Shown here one piece after another: positions 38,788-49,167 of a stretch of 64,000 bases of DNA. The stretch is from Blastocatellia bacterium. Lineage in GTDB: Bacteria; Acidobacteriota; Blastocatellia; UBA7656; JADIYM01. A model generated the notes under the pieces. The model saw nothing but the letters and a program-made list of their open reading frames with translations, had not been told where the DNA came from and did not search any database. A program made the translations under genes and the position numbers. The DNA lies in assembly GCA_044224215.1 (NCBI GenBank), contig JBGAKX010000003.1:329-64328 (forward strand), read 5' to 3'. How positions within the stretch are numbered: the first letter of the stretch is position 1; each line of letters opens with the position of its first letter.

Positions 38788-41000
38788 TTCGATCCGATGA
38801 GTGCCGCCGCGCTGTCGATCTGCGACGCGCACGCGTTCAGCACGCGGGCGAGGACGACGATCTGCTGCTCGGCATCGGCCCATTTGCGCTGTTCGATCGC
38901 TTCGCGCACGCCGGGCAGCGTCTTGACGCCGTAGCCTGTGTACTGTCCCGGAGCGTAGACGAAGTGCCGGAACCACGGCCGTCCCGGAAGACCGCCGGCA
39001 TCCATCATCGAGCGTTCCACGTTCGCATACGCACGATCGAGCAGCGCCTTGTCGGTCGCCGACAGGCCCTTCTGCGAGCGGTCGGACAGTGCGCGCGCGC
39101 TCGCCTTGAGCCGCTCGACGGCGTTCTCGAGCGGGGCAAAGTTGAGGTGAGGAACGGCGGGCTTGACCTCAGGCACGACGAACGGCTCGCGCGGATCGGC
39201 CGCCGCCAGCAGCGATCCGTCCGTGATCATCCTGTTTCTCTCGTCCGTCGACGCGCGCAAGTCGTCGGCGAGCGTCTTGACCTCATTGGTGTACGTTCCA
39301 ATCGCGTCAGCAAGCACCGTGAAGTCGAACGGCAGCGCATCGGCATCGGCGAGCCGAAGCACCAACCGGCCCGCGACCTTGGCGAGCGTGATGCCGTAGT
39401 CGAAGTTCGTGTCGTTGAACCGCGTATACAGGTCGAACGAATCGAAGATCGAATGGTACGAGCCGTCGTCACTCTCGCCGCCGAATCCGATGTTCAACGA
39501 CGCGACGCCGAGGTGTTGCAGGAACGGCGTGAAGTCCGAACCGGACCCGAGCGCTTCGAGCTCGATGGCGGGCGCTCTGCGCAACCTGTCGCGAGCGTTC
39601 ACCGGCGCTCCAGCCAGCGATGCGGCGCGCCTGCGGTCGGTGACAGGGATGTTGCGTTCCGGGTCGGTGACGTCGGCGGCGGATTCGTTCACCAGCCGCT
39701 GCAGCCCGCTCGATCCGGCGGCATACAAAAATCCGCGCGAGTTGCTGTCGGTGTTGATGTAGACGACGGCCTTGTCGCGGAGCTCGGCTTCGTGCGTCTC
39801 GACCCACTCGGTCGATCCGATAAGCCCCGGCTCTTCGCCGTCCCACGCGCAGTAGACGATCGTGCGCCGCGGGCGCCACCCGGTCTTTGCGAGCTCGCCG
39901 ATCGCGCGCGCCTCCTCCATCATCGCGACCTGGCCGCTGATCGGATCCTGTGCGCCGTTGACCCATCCGTCGTGGTGGTTTCCGCGAATGACCCACTGGT
40001 CGGGGAGTTCCGAGCCCTTCATCATCGCGATCACGTCGCGCACGGGCGCGAGGTCCCAGTTGAACTCGAGCTTCAGGTGCACCGTCGCCGGACCTGCGCC
40101 GAGCCGGTAAGGAATCGGGAGCGCCCCTCGCCATGACTCGGGTGCCATCGGCCCGCCGAGCGCCTTCAGCAATGGAAGCGCGTCGCCGTACGAGATCGGG
40201 AGCACGGGAATCTTGGTGATCGTCGCCGCATCCTTCACCTCGAGCCGTTTCGCATCGGCCGTGGCCCCGACACCCGGTGTGAGCGGGTCGCCGGCGTAGA
40301 TCGGCATGTCCGCGACCGAGCCCCGCTGGACACCCTGGTCCATCCGCATCGGACCACGCGGGTAGACGTCCCCCTGGAAGTACCCGTCGTCGCGCGGATC
40401 CGAGTAGATCAAGCAGCCGACGGCACCGTGCTCGGCCGCGACCTTGGGCTTGATCCCGCGCCACGAACCACCGTACCGGGCGATGGCGATCTTCCCCTTG
40501 ACGTCGATGCCGCGAAGCGCGAGCTCCTCGTAATCGGCAGGAACGCCATAGTTTACGTAGACGAGCTGGCCCGTTACATCGCCGTCGCACGAATAGGCAT
40601 TGTAGGTTGGCAGCTGTTCGGCGGTCTGGCCGGACGTGGCGTCCTCGGCGAGCGCCGGCTCCTGCAGGCGCGCGGTGTACTTCTCGGGCGAGATCATTTC
40701 GAGCAGCCGGGTCTTCGGCGTCGGGAAGAGCGCTTGGAACTCCTCGATGTGCGTGTCAAAACCGGCGGCCCGGAAGTGCGCCGCCAGAAAGTCCGCGTTC
40801 TGTTTTCCCCAGGGCGAGCCGACGTGGTGCGGGTGCAGACTCAGCTGGCGCATGTTCTCGCGCAGGTTCGCAGCCTTGAGGAACCCGTCGTAGCGCGCTT
40901 CGAGGGCGCGCTGCCCAGTGGGGTCCTGGAACCCGATCATGGGCAGTTGTTGAGCCTGTGCGACAACCGCGAGCAGAAGCGTGGCGACAAGGACTTTCAA
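38784..41000 (-). CDS. Secreted M28 peptidase, glutamate carboxypeptidase II-like (PA and TfR-dimer domains)
   Basis: Signal peptide; YVNYG, GNHHDGW..GA.DP.SG, WDGEE, GSGSDF, RPWFRH. Confidence 0.9.
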   Translation of the reverse strand: MKVLVATLLLAVVAQAQQLPMIGFQDPTGQRALEARYDGFLKAANLRENMRQLSLHPHHVGSPWGKQNADFLAAHFRAAGFDTHIEEFQALFPTPKTRLLEMISPEKYTARLQEPALAEDATSGQTAEQLPTYNAYSCDGDVTGQLVYVNYGVPADYEELALRGIDVKGKIAIARYGGSWRGIKPKVAAEHGAVGCLIYSDPRDDGYFQGDVYPRGPMRMDQGVQRGSVADMPIYAGDPLTPGVGATADAKRLEVKDAATITKIPVLPISYGDALPLLKALGGPMAPESWRGALPIPYRLGAGPATVHLKLEFNWDLAPVRDVIAMMKGSELPDQWVIRGNHHDGWVNGAQDPISGQVAMMEEARAIGELAKTGWRPRRTIVYCAWDGEEPGLIGSTEWVETHEAELRDKAVVYINTDSNSRGFLYAAGSSGLQRLVNESAADVTDPERNIPVTDRRRAASLAGAPVNARDRLRRAPAIELEALGSGSDFTPFLQHLGVASLNIGFGGESDDGSYHSIFDSFDLYTRFNDTNFDYGITLAKVAGRLVLRLADADALPFDFTVLADAIGTYTNEVKTLADDLRASTDERNRMITDGSLLAAADPREPFVVPEVKPAVPHLNFAPLENAVERLKASARALSDRSQKGLSATDKALLDRAYANVERSMMDAGGLPGRPWFRHFVYAPGQYTGYGVKTLPGVREAIEQRKWADAEQQIVVLARVLNACASQIDSAAALIGSK

Positions 41001-41132
41001 TTTGGCCTCCCGGTGGTTCGGTGTGAGACGGGAGCAATATCATGAATCGCAACAATTGCAGAAGAGCCCGCATTTGACGGCCCCTGTGGTGTCGGGTACC
41101 CTTAGCTCCTTTGACTGGCCGCCGGCGCCGGA

Positions 41133-41205
41133 GGCCAAGTAGCCCAATGGCAGAGGCGCATGCCTTAGGAGCATGACAGTGTGGGTTCGACTCCCACCTT
41201 GGCCA
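41133..41205 (+). tRNA. tRNA-Leu(UAG), short variable loop, CCA not encoded
   Basis: Acceptor GGCCAAG/CTTGGCC + A; D arm GCCCAATGGCAGAGGC; anticodon stem CATGC/GCATG with loop CTTAGGA; T arm GTGGG-TTCGACT-CCCAC. Confidence 0.9.
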
Positions 41206-41233
41206 CTAAACTGAACGTGAAGAGAGGCCCGTT

Positions 41234-42643
41234 TTGAAGATCGACGTACAAACGCTGGAGGGCTGTAAGCGACGGCTCGACATAGAGATAGAGGGACCCA
41301 TCGTCAACGCGGAGGTCGCGCGCGCGAGCTCCGAGATGGCGCGGGTTGCGCGTGTTCCGGGGTTTCGGCCCGGGCGCGTCCCGATGTCGGTCATCCGGTC
41401 TCGATTCAAGACTGAATTGAGGCAGGAGGCGCTCCGGAACCTGCTGCCGTCGGCTGTCGAGACGGCCGTCGAGAAGAACAAGCTGCGGATCGCCGGCGAA
41501 CCCGGAGTCGAGAAGCTGGATTTTGCGGACGACGGCACACTGAGCGTGTCGGTTCTCGTCGAGGTCTTCCCCGAGTTCGAGCTGTCGGACTACAAGGGAA
41601 TCGAGATCCCCAAGCGGGTCTACAAGATCACGGACGCAGACGTGGACCGCGTGCTTGAGCGGATGCGCGAAGAGTCGGCGCAGCTGGTCGCGATCGACGA
41701 CGAGGGCCGCGAGGCCCGGGACGGCGACTTCGTGTCGGCGGATCTGGAGGGCGAGTACCTCGAGGAGCCCGGTCACGAGGGCCACGCGCACGAGCCGTTG
41801 AAGGCAACCGACGTCACGATCGAGATCGGCGGAGCGAGCGTTCAGCCCGAGTTCAGCGAGAATCTGCGCGGCATGAAGGTTGGCGAGAAGAAGACATTCC
41901 GCGTGACGTATGGCGAAAACGCCGCGCCTGGCATGGCGAACCACACGATCGACTACACGGCGTCGCTTGCGGCGATCCGCGTGCGCGAAGTTCCCGATCT
42001 CGACGACGAGTTTGCGAGCGAGCAGGGCGAGGGCGAGCACGCGACGCTGGCAGACTTGAAGACGGCGATCCGGGCCGACCTCGAGAAACAGGCGACGACC
42101 AAGTCCGAGAACGAGTTGCACGATGCGGCGCTCGATCACCTGGTCGCGGCGAACCCGTTCCCGGTGCCTGACGTGATGACCCACGAGATGGCACAGCAGC
42201 GGCTGCAGAATCTCGTTCGGACGTTCAGCCAGCAGGGGATCGATCCCCGGGCGCTGAACCTCGATTGGGGAATGATGCGCGAGTCGAGCCTCGAGGCGGC
42301 TTCGCGTGACGTCCGGTCGATGTTCATCATCGATCGGATCGCCGAAAAGGAGGGAATCGACCCTTCGGACGACGATGTCGAGGCCGAGATTCAGCGGATG
42401 GCGGAGAGCTTGGGCCAGCCGATAGAGCAATTTAGGGCCCGCTTGACAAAGGAAGGGGGCGCCGATAGTATTCGGAACCGGATGCGATCCCGTAAGGCCT
42501 TGGATTTGGTAGTGGATGCGGCGAAATTGACGGTTGAAGAGGTCGACGGGCTCGAATCCAGGGCGGCCCAGAAGGCTGTGGACGAAACTGACGACGGGAC
42601 GGAAGACCGGAAGGACGAGGCCAGCGCGGAGGCCGCAGAGTAG
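41234..42643 (+). CDS. tig: Trigger factor
   Basis: VPGFRPGRVP ribosome-binding loop; FKBP domain; precedes clpP. Confidence 0.95.
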   Translation: MKIDVQTLEGCKRRLDIEIEGPIVNAEVARASSEMARVARVPGFRPGRVPMSVIRSRFKTELRQEALRNLLPSAVETAVEKNKLRIAGEPGVEKLDFADDGTLSVSVLVEVFPEFELSDYKGIEIPKRVYKITDADVDRVLERMREESAQLVAIDDEGREARDGDFVSADLEGEYLEEPGHEGHAHEPLKATDVTIEIGGASVQPEFSENLRGMKVGEKKTFRVTYGENAAPGMANHTIDYTASLAAIRVREVPDLDDEFASEQGEGEHATLADLKTAIRADLEKQATTKSENELHDAALDHLVAANPFPVPDVMTHEMAQQRLQNLVRTFSQQGIDPRALNLDWGMMRESSLEAASRDVRSMFIIDRIAEKEGIDPSDDDVEAEIQRMAESLGQPIEQFRARLTKEGGADSIRNRMRSRKALDLVVDAAKLTVEEVDGLESRAAQKAVDETDDGTEDRKDEASAEAAE

Positions 42644-42745
42644 CGTTGATCGGCCCGACGAAGGGCCGGGCGGCGAATTGTCTCCCTCGGAGAGTGGTAT
42701 CCTCAGGGAGACAGGGAACGAACCAAACGGACGAGACGCCCACGA

Positions 42746-43348
42746 ATGAACGCACCGCACCTAGCATTGGTCCCGATGGTCGTCGAGCAGACGTCGCGCG
42801 GAGAACGCGCGTTTGACATCTATTCGCGGCTGCTCAAGGACAACATCATCTTCATCGGGACGCCGATCGACGATCAGATCGCAAATCTCGTCGTGGCCCA
42901 GCTTCTGTTTCTGGAAGCCGAGGATCCCGACAAGGACATCTCGCTGTACATCAACAGCCCCGGGGGCTCGATTACGGCGGGAATGGCGATCTACGACACG
43001 ATCCAGTTCATCCGTCCCGACGTGACGACGATCTGCATCGGACAGTGCGCGTCGATGGGAGCGTTGCTCCTGACGGCTGGAACGCACGGCAAGCGCTTTG
43101 CGCTGCCGAACTCGCGGATCCTCATTCACCAGCCCTCGATCAGCGGAATCGGTGGCCAGGCTACAGATATCAGGATTCACGCCGAAGAGATCATGAGGAT
43201 GCGCGAGCTGACGTCGGGCATCCTGGCCCGGCACACGGGCCAGCCGATGGAGCAGATCGAGCGCGACGTCGAGCGCGACCGCTGGCTCGACGCGATCCAG
43301 GCCAAGGAGTACGGTCTGATCGACCAGGTCATTACACATCGGGAGTAG
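42746..43348 (+). CDS. clpP: ClpP protease
   Basis: [24 protein letters not shown]. Confidence 0.97.
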   Translation: MNAPHLALVPMVVEQTSRGERAFDIYSRLLKDNIIFIGTPIDDQIANLVVAQLLFLEAEDPDKDISLYINSPGGSITAGMAIYDTIQFIRPDVTTICIGQCASMGALLLTAGTHGKRFALPNSRILIHQPSISGIGGQATDIRIHAEEIMRMRELTSGILARHTGQPMEQIERDVERDRWLDAIQAKEYGLIDQVITHRE

Positions 43349-43392
43349 CTCGGGGGCCGAGCGCCCCGGGTTGATTCGGAGCCAAGTACGGG

Positions 43393-44670
<1,278 letters not shown>

Positions 44671-44792
44671 GAGAGGCTTTTCGCGGGTCCGCCTGAACGT
44701 CGTGATCGCACGTCACGATCACGGGCGGTTCCACGTGATGTGTCTTTGTTGGCCCGGGTGGTACAATTTTGCTGTCCACCCGAGGAGGATCA

Positions 44793-46481
44793 ATGCAAGA
44801 GTTCAGCGACAGCACGCCAATCGACGTCGTTCGTCACCCAATGGTTCCCATCCGCGACGTCGTCGTGTTTCCGCACACGATGGCGCGGTTCGTCATTGGC
44901 AGACCGGCGTCGGTCCACGCGCTCGAGGCAGCGCTGTCGGGCGACAGACTGATATTTCTGGCGACGCAGCACGACGCGACGATGGACGAGCCCTCGCCGG
45001 ACCAGGTGTTCGAGGTTGGCACCATCGCGCGCATCAGCCATTCGCTGAGGCTGCAGGATGGCAACATCAAGGTCATGGTCGACGGCGTCGGCCGCGCGCG
45101 CACGGTGCGCGTCGAGACCGACAGCACCACCGGCGCATGGGTGGCCACGCTTCGGTCCGCGCCGATTTCGGCCGAGCCAAAGTCGCGGTTCAACGCGATC
45201 CTCGGTCGTCTCGGTTCGCTCGTGGACCAGTACGTTCGCCAGGCGAGCGACCTGCAGAACCCCGAATCGCTTCAGGCGGCGCTCCGCATGGAGGAGCCCG
45301 AGCGGATCGCGGACACGGTCGCGTCGAACCTCAAGATATCGGTTGAAGAGAAGCAGGCGCTCCTCGAGGTGTTTCCCATCCGCGATCGCCTGATCAAGCT
45401 CGTCGACCTCGTCGAGGTGGAGCTCGACAAGCTGCAGCTCGACCGCTCGATCCAGGGCCGGGTCAAGCGGCAGATGGAGAAGGCGCAGAAGGAGTACTAC
45501 CTCAACGAGAAGATCAAGGCCATCCACAAGGAGCTCGGCCGCAAGGACGAGAAGGCCGAACTCGACGAGCTGCGCGCAAAGATCGAGAACGCGGGCATGT
45601 CCGAGGACGCGCTGACCAAGGCGATGACCGAGCTGAAGCGGCTCGAGCAGATGCCGCCGATGTCGGCCGAATCGACCGTCTCGCGGAACTATCTCGACTG
45701 GCTGCTGGCCGTGCCGTGGAAGGAGCGCACGCCCGAGACGCGCGACATCAAGATCGCCGAGGAAGTGCTCGAGTCGGACCATTTCGGTCTCGAAAAGGTC
45801 AAGGAGCGGATCCTCGAGTATCTTGCCGTGCGGCAGCTCGTGAACAATCCGCGCGGCTCGATCCTCTGCTTCGTCGGCCCTCCGGGAGTCGGCAAGACGT
45901 CGCTCGGCAAGTCGATCGCCAAGGCGACGGGCCGCAAGTTCGTCCGGCTTTCCCTGGGCGGCGTCCGCGACGAGGCCGAGATCCGAGGACACCGCCGGAC
46001 GTACATCGGCGCAATCCCCGGACAGATCATCCAGATGATGCGGAAGGCCGGCACGGTCAATCCGCTGATGCTGCTCGACGAGGTCGACAAGCTCGGCATG
46101 GACTTCCGTGGCGATCCGTCGGCCGCGTTGCTCGAGGTCCTCGACCCCGAGCAGAACCACTCGTTCCACGATCACTATCTCGACGTCGAGTACGACCTGT
46201 CGAACGTGATGTTCATCGCGACGGCGAACGTGCTGCACTCGATACCGCCGCCGCTGCAGGACCGTCTCGAGATCATCCGCCTGCCCGGATACACCGAGCG
46301 CGAGAAGCTCGAGATCGCCGTCAGGCATCTTGTCGTCAAGCAGCTCGAGCAGGCCGGTCTGAAGGCCGAGCAGGTCGAGTTCACGCGCGACGCGATCAAG
46401 ACGATCGTCGAGTACTACACGCAGGTGCTGAAAGTCCATAGCCGACACATATCGGACGCAATTTTCGGGAGTTCGACCTGA
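44793..46481 (+). pseudogene. lon: Lon protease, 3'-truncated (protease domain missing)
   Basis: LON-N domain, GPPGVGKTS, LLDEVDK, DPEQN. Homology stops at IVEYYT (~46420) where REAGVR and the Ser-Lys domain are expected. Confidence 0.85.
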
Positions 46482-46675
46482 GTCACGTCAGCAACAACAG
46501 CGTCGCGGCCATCGCCTCTTCTGTTCCGCAATCAGTTCAGGCCAGACCAAAAGGTAGATCCGAAGCGGCGCATGCAGTGGTCGAGTGATCCCCCAGCGCC
46601 ACAACCGAGGTCCACAAATTCATACTTGCCGTAGGCAAGCGCATCGAATACCGACCGGTCAATCATCGTTGTCAT
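46422..46675 (-). pseudogene. Frameshifted, truncated SAM-methyltransferase fragment, paralog of 49168-50646
   Basis: MTTMIDRSVFDALAYGKYEFVDLGCGAGGSLDHCMRRFG, then across frame shifts ADVTQVELP..CVRYVSAMDF..HL, colinear with the paralog. Confidence 0.8.
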
Positions 46676-47197
46676 TCTCTCAATCGCGCGATCGTCCTCT
46701 GAGCGCAAGCGGCTTCGAGAACTTCACGTTCGTGAAACACGGCCACGGGTACTTCCTCACGGCTGGCGAGTCTGCACACATAGCGTTCATGGTCGTACCA
46801 GCAGTGCGTTTCGAAATGACCGTTGGCGCGAACACCGAAGTCCTGGCGTCCCGCGGATGCTCCGAAGTCGAAATACGCAATCAGTGCCGCCGGAATCGCG
46901 GGTACGCGTCTATTGAGTCAATCGCTGTGCAAATGGAATCCGTCCAGGTGCTTCTCGATGCAATCGCAAGCGAAGTATACGTACCTCGTTCTTGATTCAC
47001 AAAGATCATCAACTCGCAGGTGCGCCACGCATGCCGGGACACGCCCTACGGCGCCTGTACGGGACGGATGTCCCGCAGTGCGCGCGATAGGCTCGCGCGG
47101 ACGCGGAACTTCCAAACTGCACGTCAAGCTATCCACGACTTCAGCGATTGCCGTAACCCCATTTTCCAGCAATAGATAGCACTTGCATCGGCTTTTT

Positions 47198-47262
47198 TCG
47201 AACGCGTTCAAATTTTGTACTTGACGCGAAATCGCGAATTGAATTAAATTGAACGTGTTCAA
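47198..47262 (+). promoter_or_regulatory. Promoter with two TetR-type operators
   Basis: TCGAAC-gc-GTTCAA (47198-47211) and TTGAAC-gt-GTTCAA (47249-47262) around TTGACG (47221), 18 nt, TAAATT (47245). Confidence 0.7.
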
Positions 47263-47286
47263 ATTCGTTGGAGGAGGTCGCACAAC

Positions 47287-47709
47287 ATGCCATCAGGGAG
47301 CGAATACATCGTCGGGTCCTTTATCCTCTACCTGGTCGTCAGCCTCGGGCTGACGGTCTGGGTTGCGCGGACGCTTCACAAGAACGGACGGGTCTTCCTC
47401 GTCGATTCGTTTCTCGGGAACGAAACGCTCGCAGACTCCGTCAACCACCTGCTCGTCGTCGGGTTCTACCTGATCAACGTTGGTTACATCACGCTCGCGC
47501 TCAAGTACGGCGACAAGCCTGCCGGGCTCGTCGGCGCCTTCGAATACGTCAGCACAAAGATCGGCGTCGTGCTGCTCGTCCTCGGCGTGATGCACTTCTT
47601 CAACCTGTTCCTGTTCTCGAGGATGCGGCGCCGCGCCTTGCTCAGAAACGCCGTGCCGCCGGTCATCGCCACGGAGTTCGTCGCCCCGGCGCCCGGCTGG
47701 AGCCGGTAG
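47287..47709 (+). CDS. Conserved 3-TM membrane protein
   Basis: GGAGG RBS; VARTL.KNG.VFL, LA.SVN.LLVVGFYL.N.GY, LG.MHFFN. Confidence 0.85.
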   Translation: MPSGSEYIVGSFILYLVVSLGLTVWVARTLHKNGRVFLVDSFLGNETLADSVNHLLVVGFYLINVGYITLALKYGDKPAGLVGAFEYVSTKIGVVLLVLGVMHFFNLFLFSRMRRRALLRNAVPPVIATEFVAPAPGWSR

Positions 47710-47711
47710 CC

Positions 47712-48143
47712 ATGCGACGGCTCTATGTCCTCTACGACCCGAGCTGCGGTCTGTGCAGCCGCGTCCGGCGCTGGGTCGAGGCGCAACCGGCGTTCATCGA
47801 GATGGAGTTCATGCCGGCGACATCCACAAAGGCCGCGCGCTGGTTTCCAACGCTCGCTTCACGGGGCGAACCCGAAGAGCTCGTAGTCGTCGGCGACGAC
47901 GGGTCCGTCTACCGCGACGGGGCAGCGTGGATCATGTGCCTCTACGGGCTCGAGGAGTTCCGCGCGTGGTCCTACAGGCTCTCGCGGCCCGCGGTGCTGC
48001 CACTCGCGCGCGAAGCGTTCAATCTGCTCTCGCACAACCGGCGAAAGATCTCGCGCTGGCTCGGGCTCTTGAGCGATTCGGACCTGATCGAGACGCTCAA
48101 GCGAGAATCGACGCCGCGATGTTCCAAAGGAGCGTTCCAGTGA
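47712..48143 (+). CDS. DCC1-like thiol-disulfide oxidoreductase (DUF393)
   Basis: VLYDPSCGLC (DxxCxxC) at the N-terminus. Confidence 0.85.
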   Translation: MRRLYVLYDPSCGLCSRVRRWVEAQPAFIEMEFMPATSTKAARWFPTLASRGEPEELVVVGDDGSVYRDGAAWIMCLYGLEEFRAWSYRLSRPAVLPLAREAFNLLSHNRRKISRWLGLLSDSDLIETLKRESTPRCSKGAFQ

Positions 48144-48820
48144 GCAGGAATCCAGTTCGCCAGCGGTCATCGTCCAAGGCCGAGGAGACGCGCGCGCGCA
48201 TCCTCGAGGCGGCGCTCGAGCTCTTCAACGAGCGTGGGTTCGACGACGCAACCATGCGCGAGATCGCGGCTCGCGCAGGGGTGGCGACGGGCGCCGCATA
48301 CTACTACTTTGCGTCAAAGGAGGACCTCGTCATGGCCTTCTACCGCGCAACGCAGATCGAGATGCAGACGATCGCCGCAGCTCGTCTCGCCACTGGCACC
48401 GACCTGAGGGCGCGGCTCGACACGATCATCTCCGGCAAGTTCGAGCAGTTCGCCGCGAACCGGCTTCTGCTCCGTGCGCTGTTCCGCACGGCGATCGATC
48501 CCGACAGTCCCATCTCTCCGTTTGGCGACGCCACCGCGGACATCCGCGACGCGGCGATCGCGCTGTTCGCGGACGCGCTCGACGGCTCCGACGTTCGCGT
48601 TCCAAAGGACCTGGCTCCGCACATGCCCCGGCTGCTGTGGCTGTACCAGATGGGGCTCATCCTGTTCTGGATCTACGATCGGTCCGAGAACCAGCAGAAG
48701 ACGCATCTCCTGACGGCAAAGAGCCTCGATATGATCGTGAGGCTCATCAAGCTGGCCAAGTTTCCACCAATGCGGCCGCTGCGAAAGGCTGCGGTCGAGT
48801 TGCTGACTGCGTTCGCGTAG
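48140..48820 (+). CDS. TetR family regulator
   Basis: GFD.ATMREIA..AGVA.GAAYYYF.SKEDL; C-terminal LWLYQMG.IL.WIYD.S; GTGA overlap. Confidence 0.92.
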   Translation: MSRNPVRQRSSSKAEETRARILEAALELFNERGFDDATMREIAARAGVATGAAYYYFASKEDLVMAFYRATQIEMQTIAAARLATGTDLRARLDTIISGKFEQFAANRLLLRALFRTAIDPDSPISPFGDATADIRDAAIALFADALDGSDVRVPKDLAPHMPRLLWLYQMGLILFWIYDRSENQQKTHLLTAKSLDMIVRLIKLAKFPPMRPLRKAAVELLTAFA

Positions 48821-49127
48821 CGCATCGGCGACCCGCGACACGCAGAGCCGATCGCGTGAGCGATCGGGGGAGCTTCACGGCACGCGCATTGCGCGGTTCC
48901 CCCGATCCCTGACTGGATCGGCTCTGCGTTTACGAGTCGGCTCCTTCAAGGACAATCCGCCACCGGCGGGTTGGTAGCAACGCGTAGCGCATCGGCGACC
49001 CGCGACACGCAGAGCCGATCGCGTGAGCGATCGGGGGAGTTTCACGGCACGCGCATTGCGCGGTTCCCCCGATCCCTGACTGGATCGGCTCTGCGTTTAC
49101 GAGTCGGCTCCTTCAGGACAATCCGCC
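48814..49127. repeat. Tandem duplication (167-bp period) holding REPIN-like copies B (48840-48929) and C (49007-49096)
   Basis: Two near-identical ~147-bp units; the core matches the reverse complement of 23674-23763. Confidence 0.9.
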
Positions 49128-49167
49128 TCCGCCGCACTCCTAAGGCCTACGTGACCACCGAGCCCGA

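Noticed and set aside
41133-41230. tRNA as an integration site of an island
   Set aside because: No integrase and no repeat of the tRNA 3' end was seen; tig follows directly.
46585-47283. ORFs 46585-46995 (+), 46823-47179 (+) and 46918-47283 (-)
   Set aside because: No recognisable motifs or RBS, and the first overlaps the methyltransferase fragment. A degraded minus-strand gene at ~46680-47010 cannot be excluded.
48814-49127. Possible CRISPR array
   Set aside because: Only two long near-identical units, no unique spacers and no cas genes. It fits a REPIN tandem duplication.
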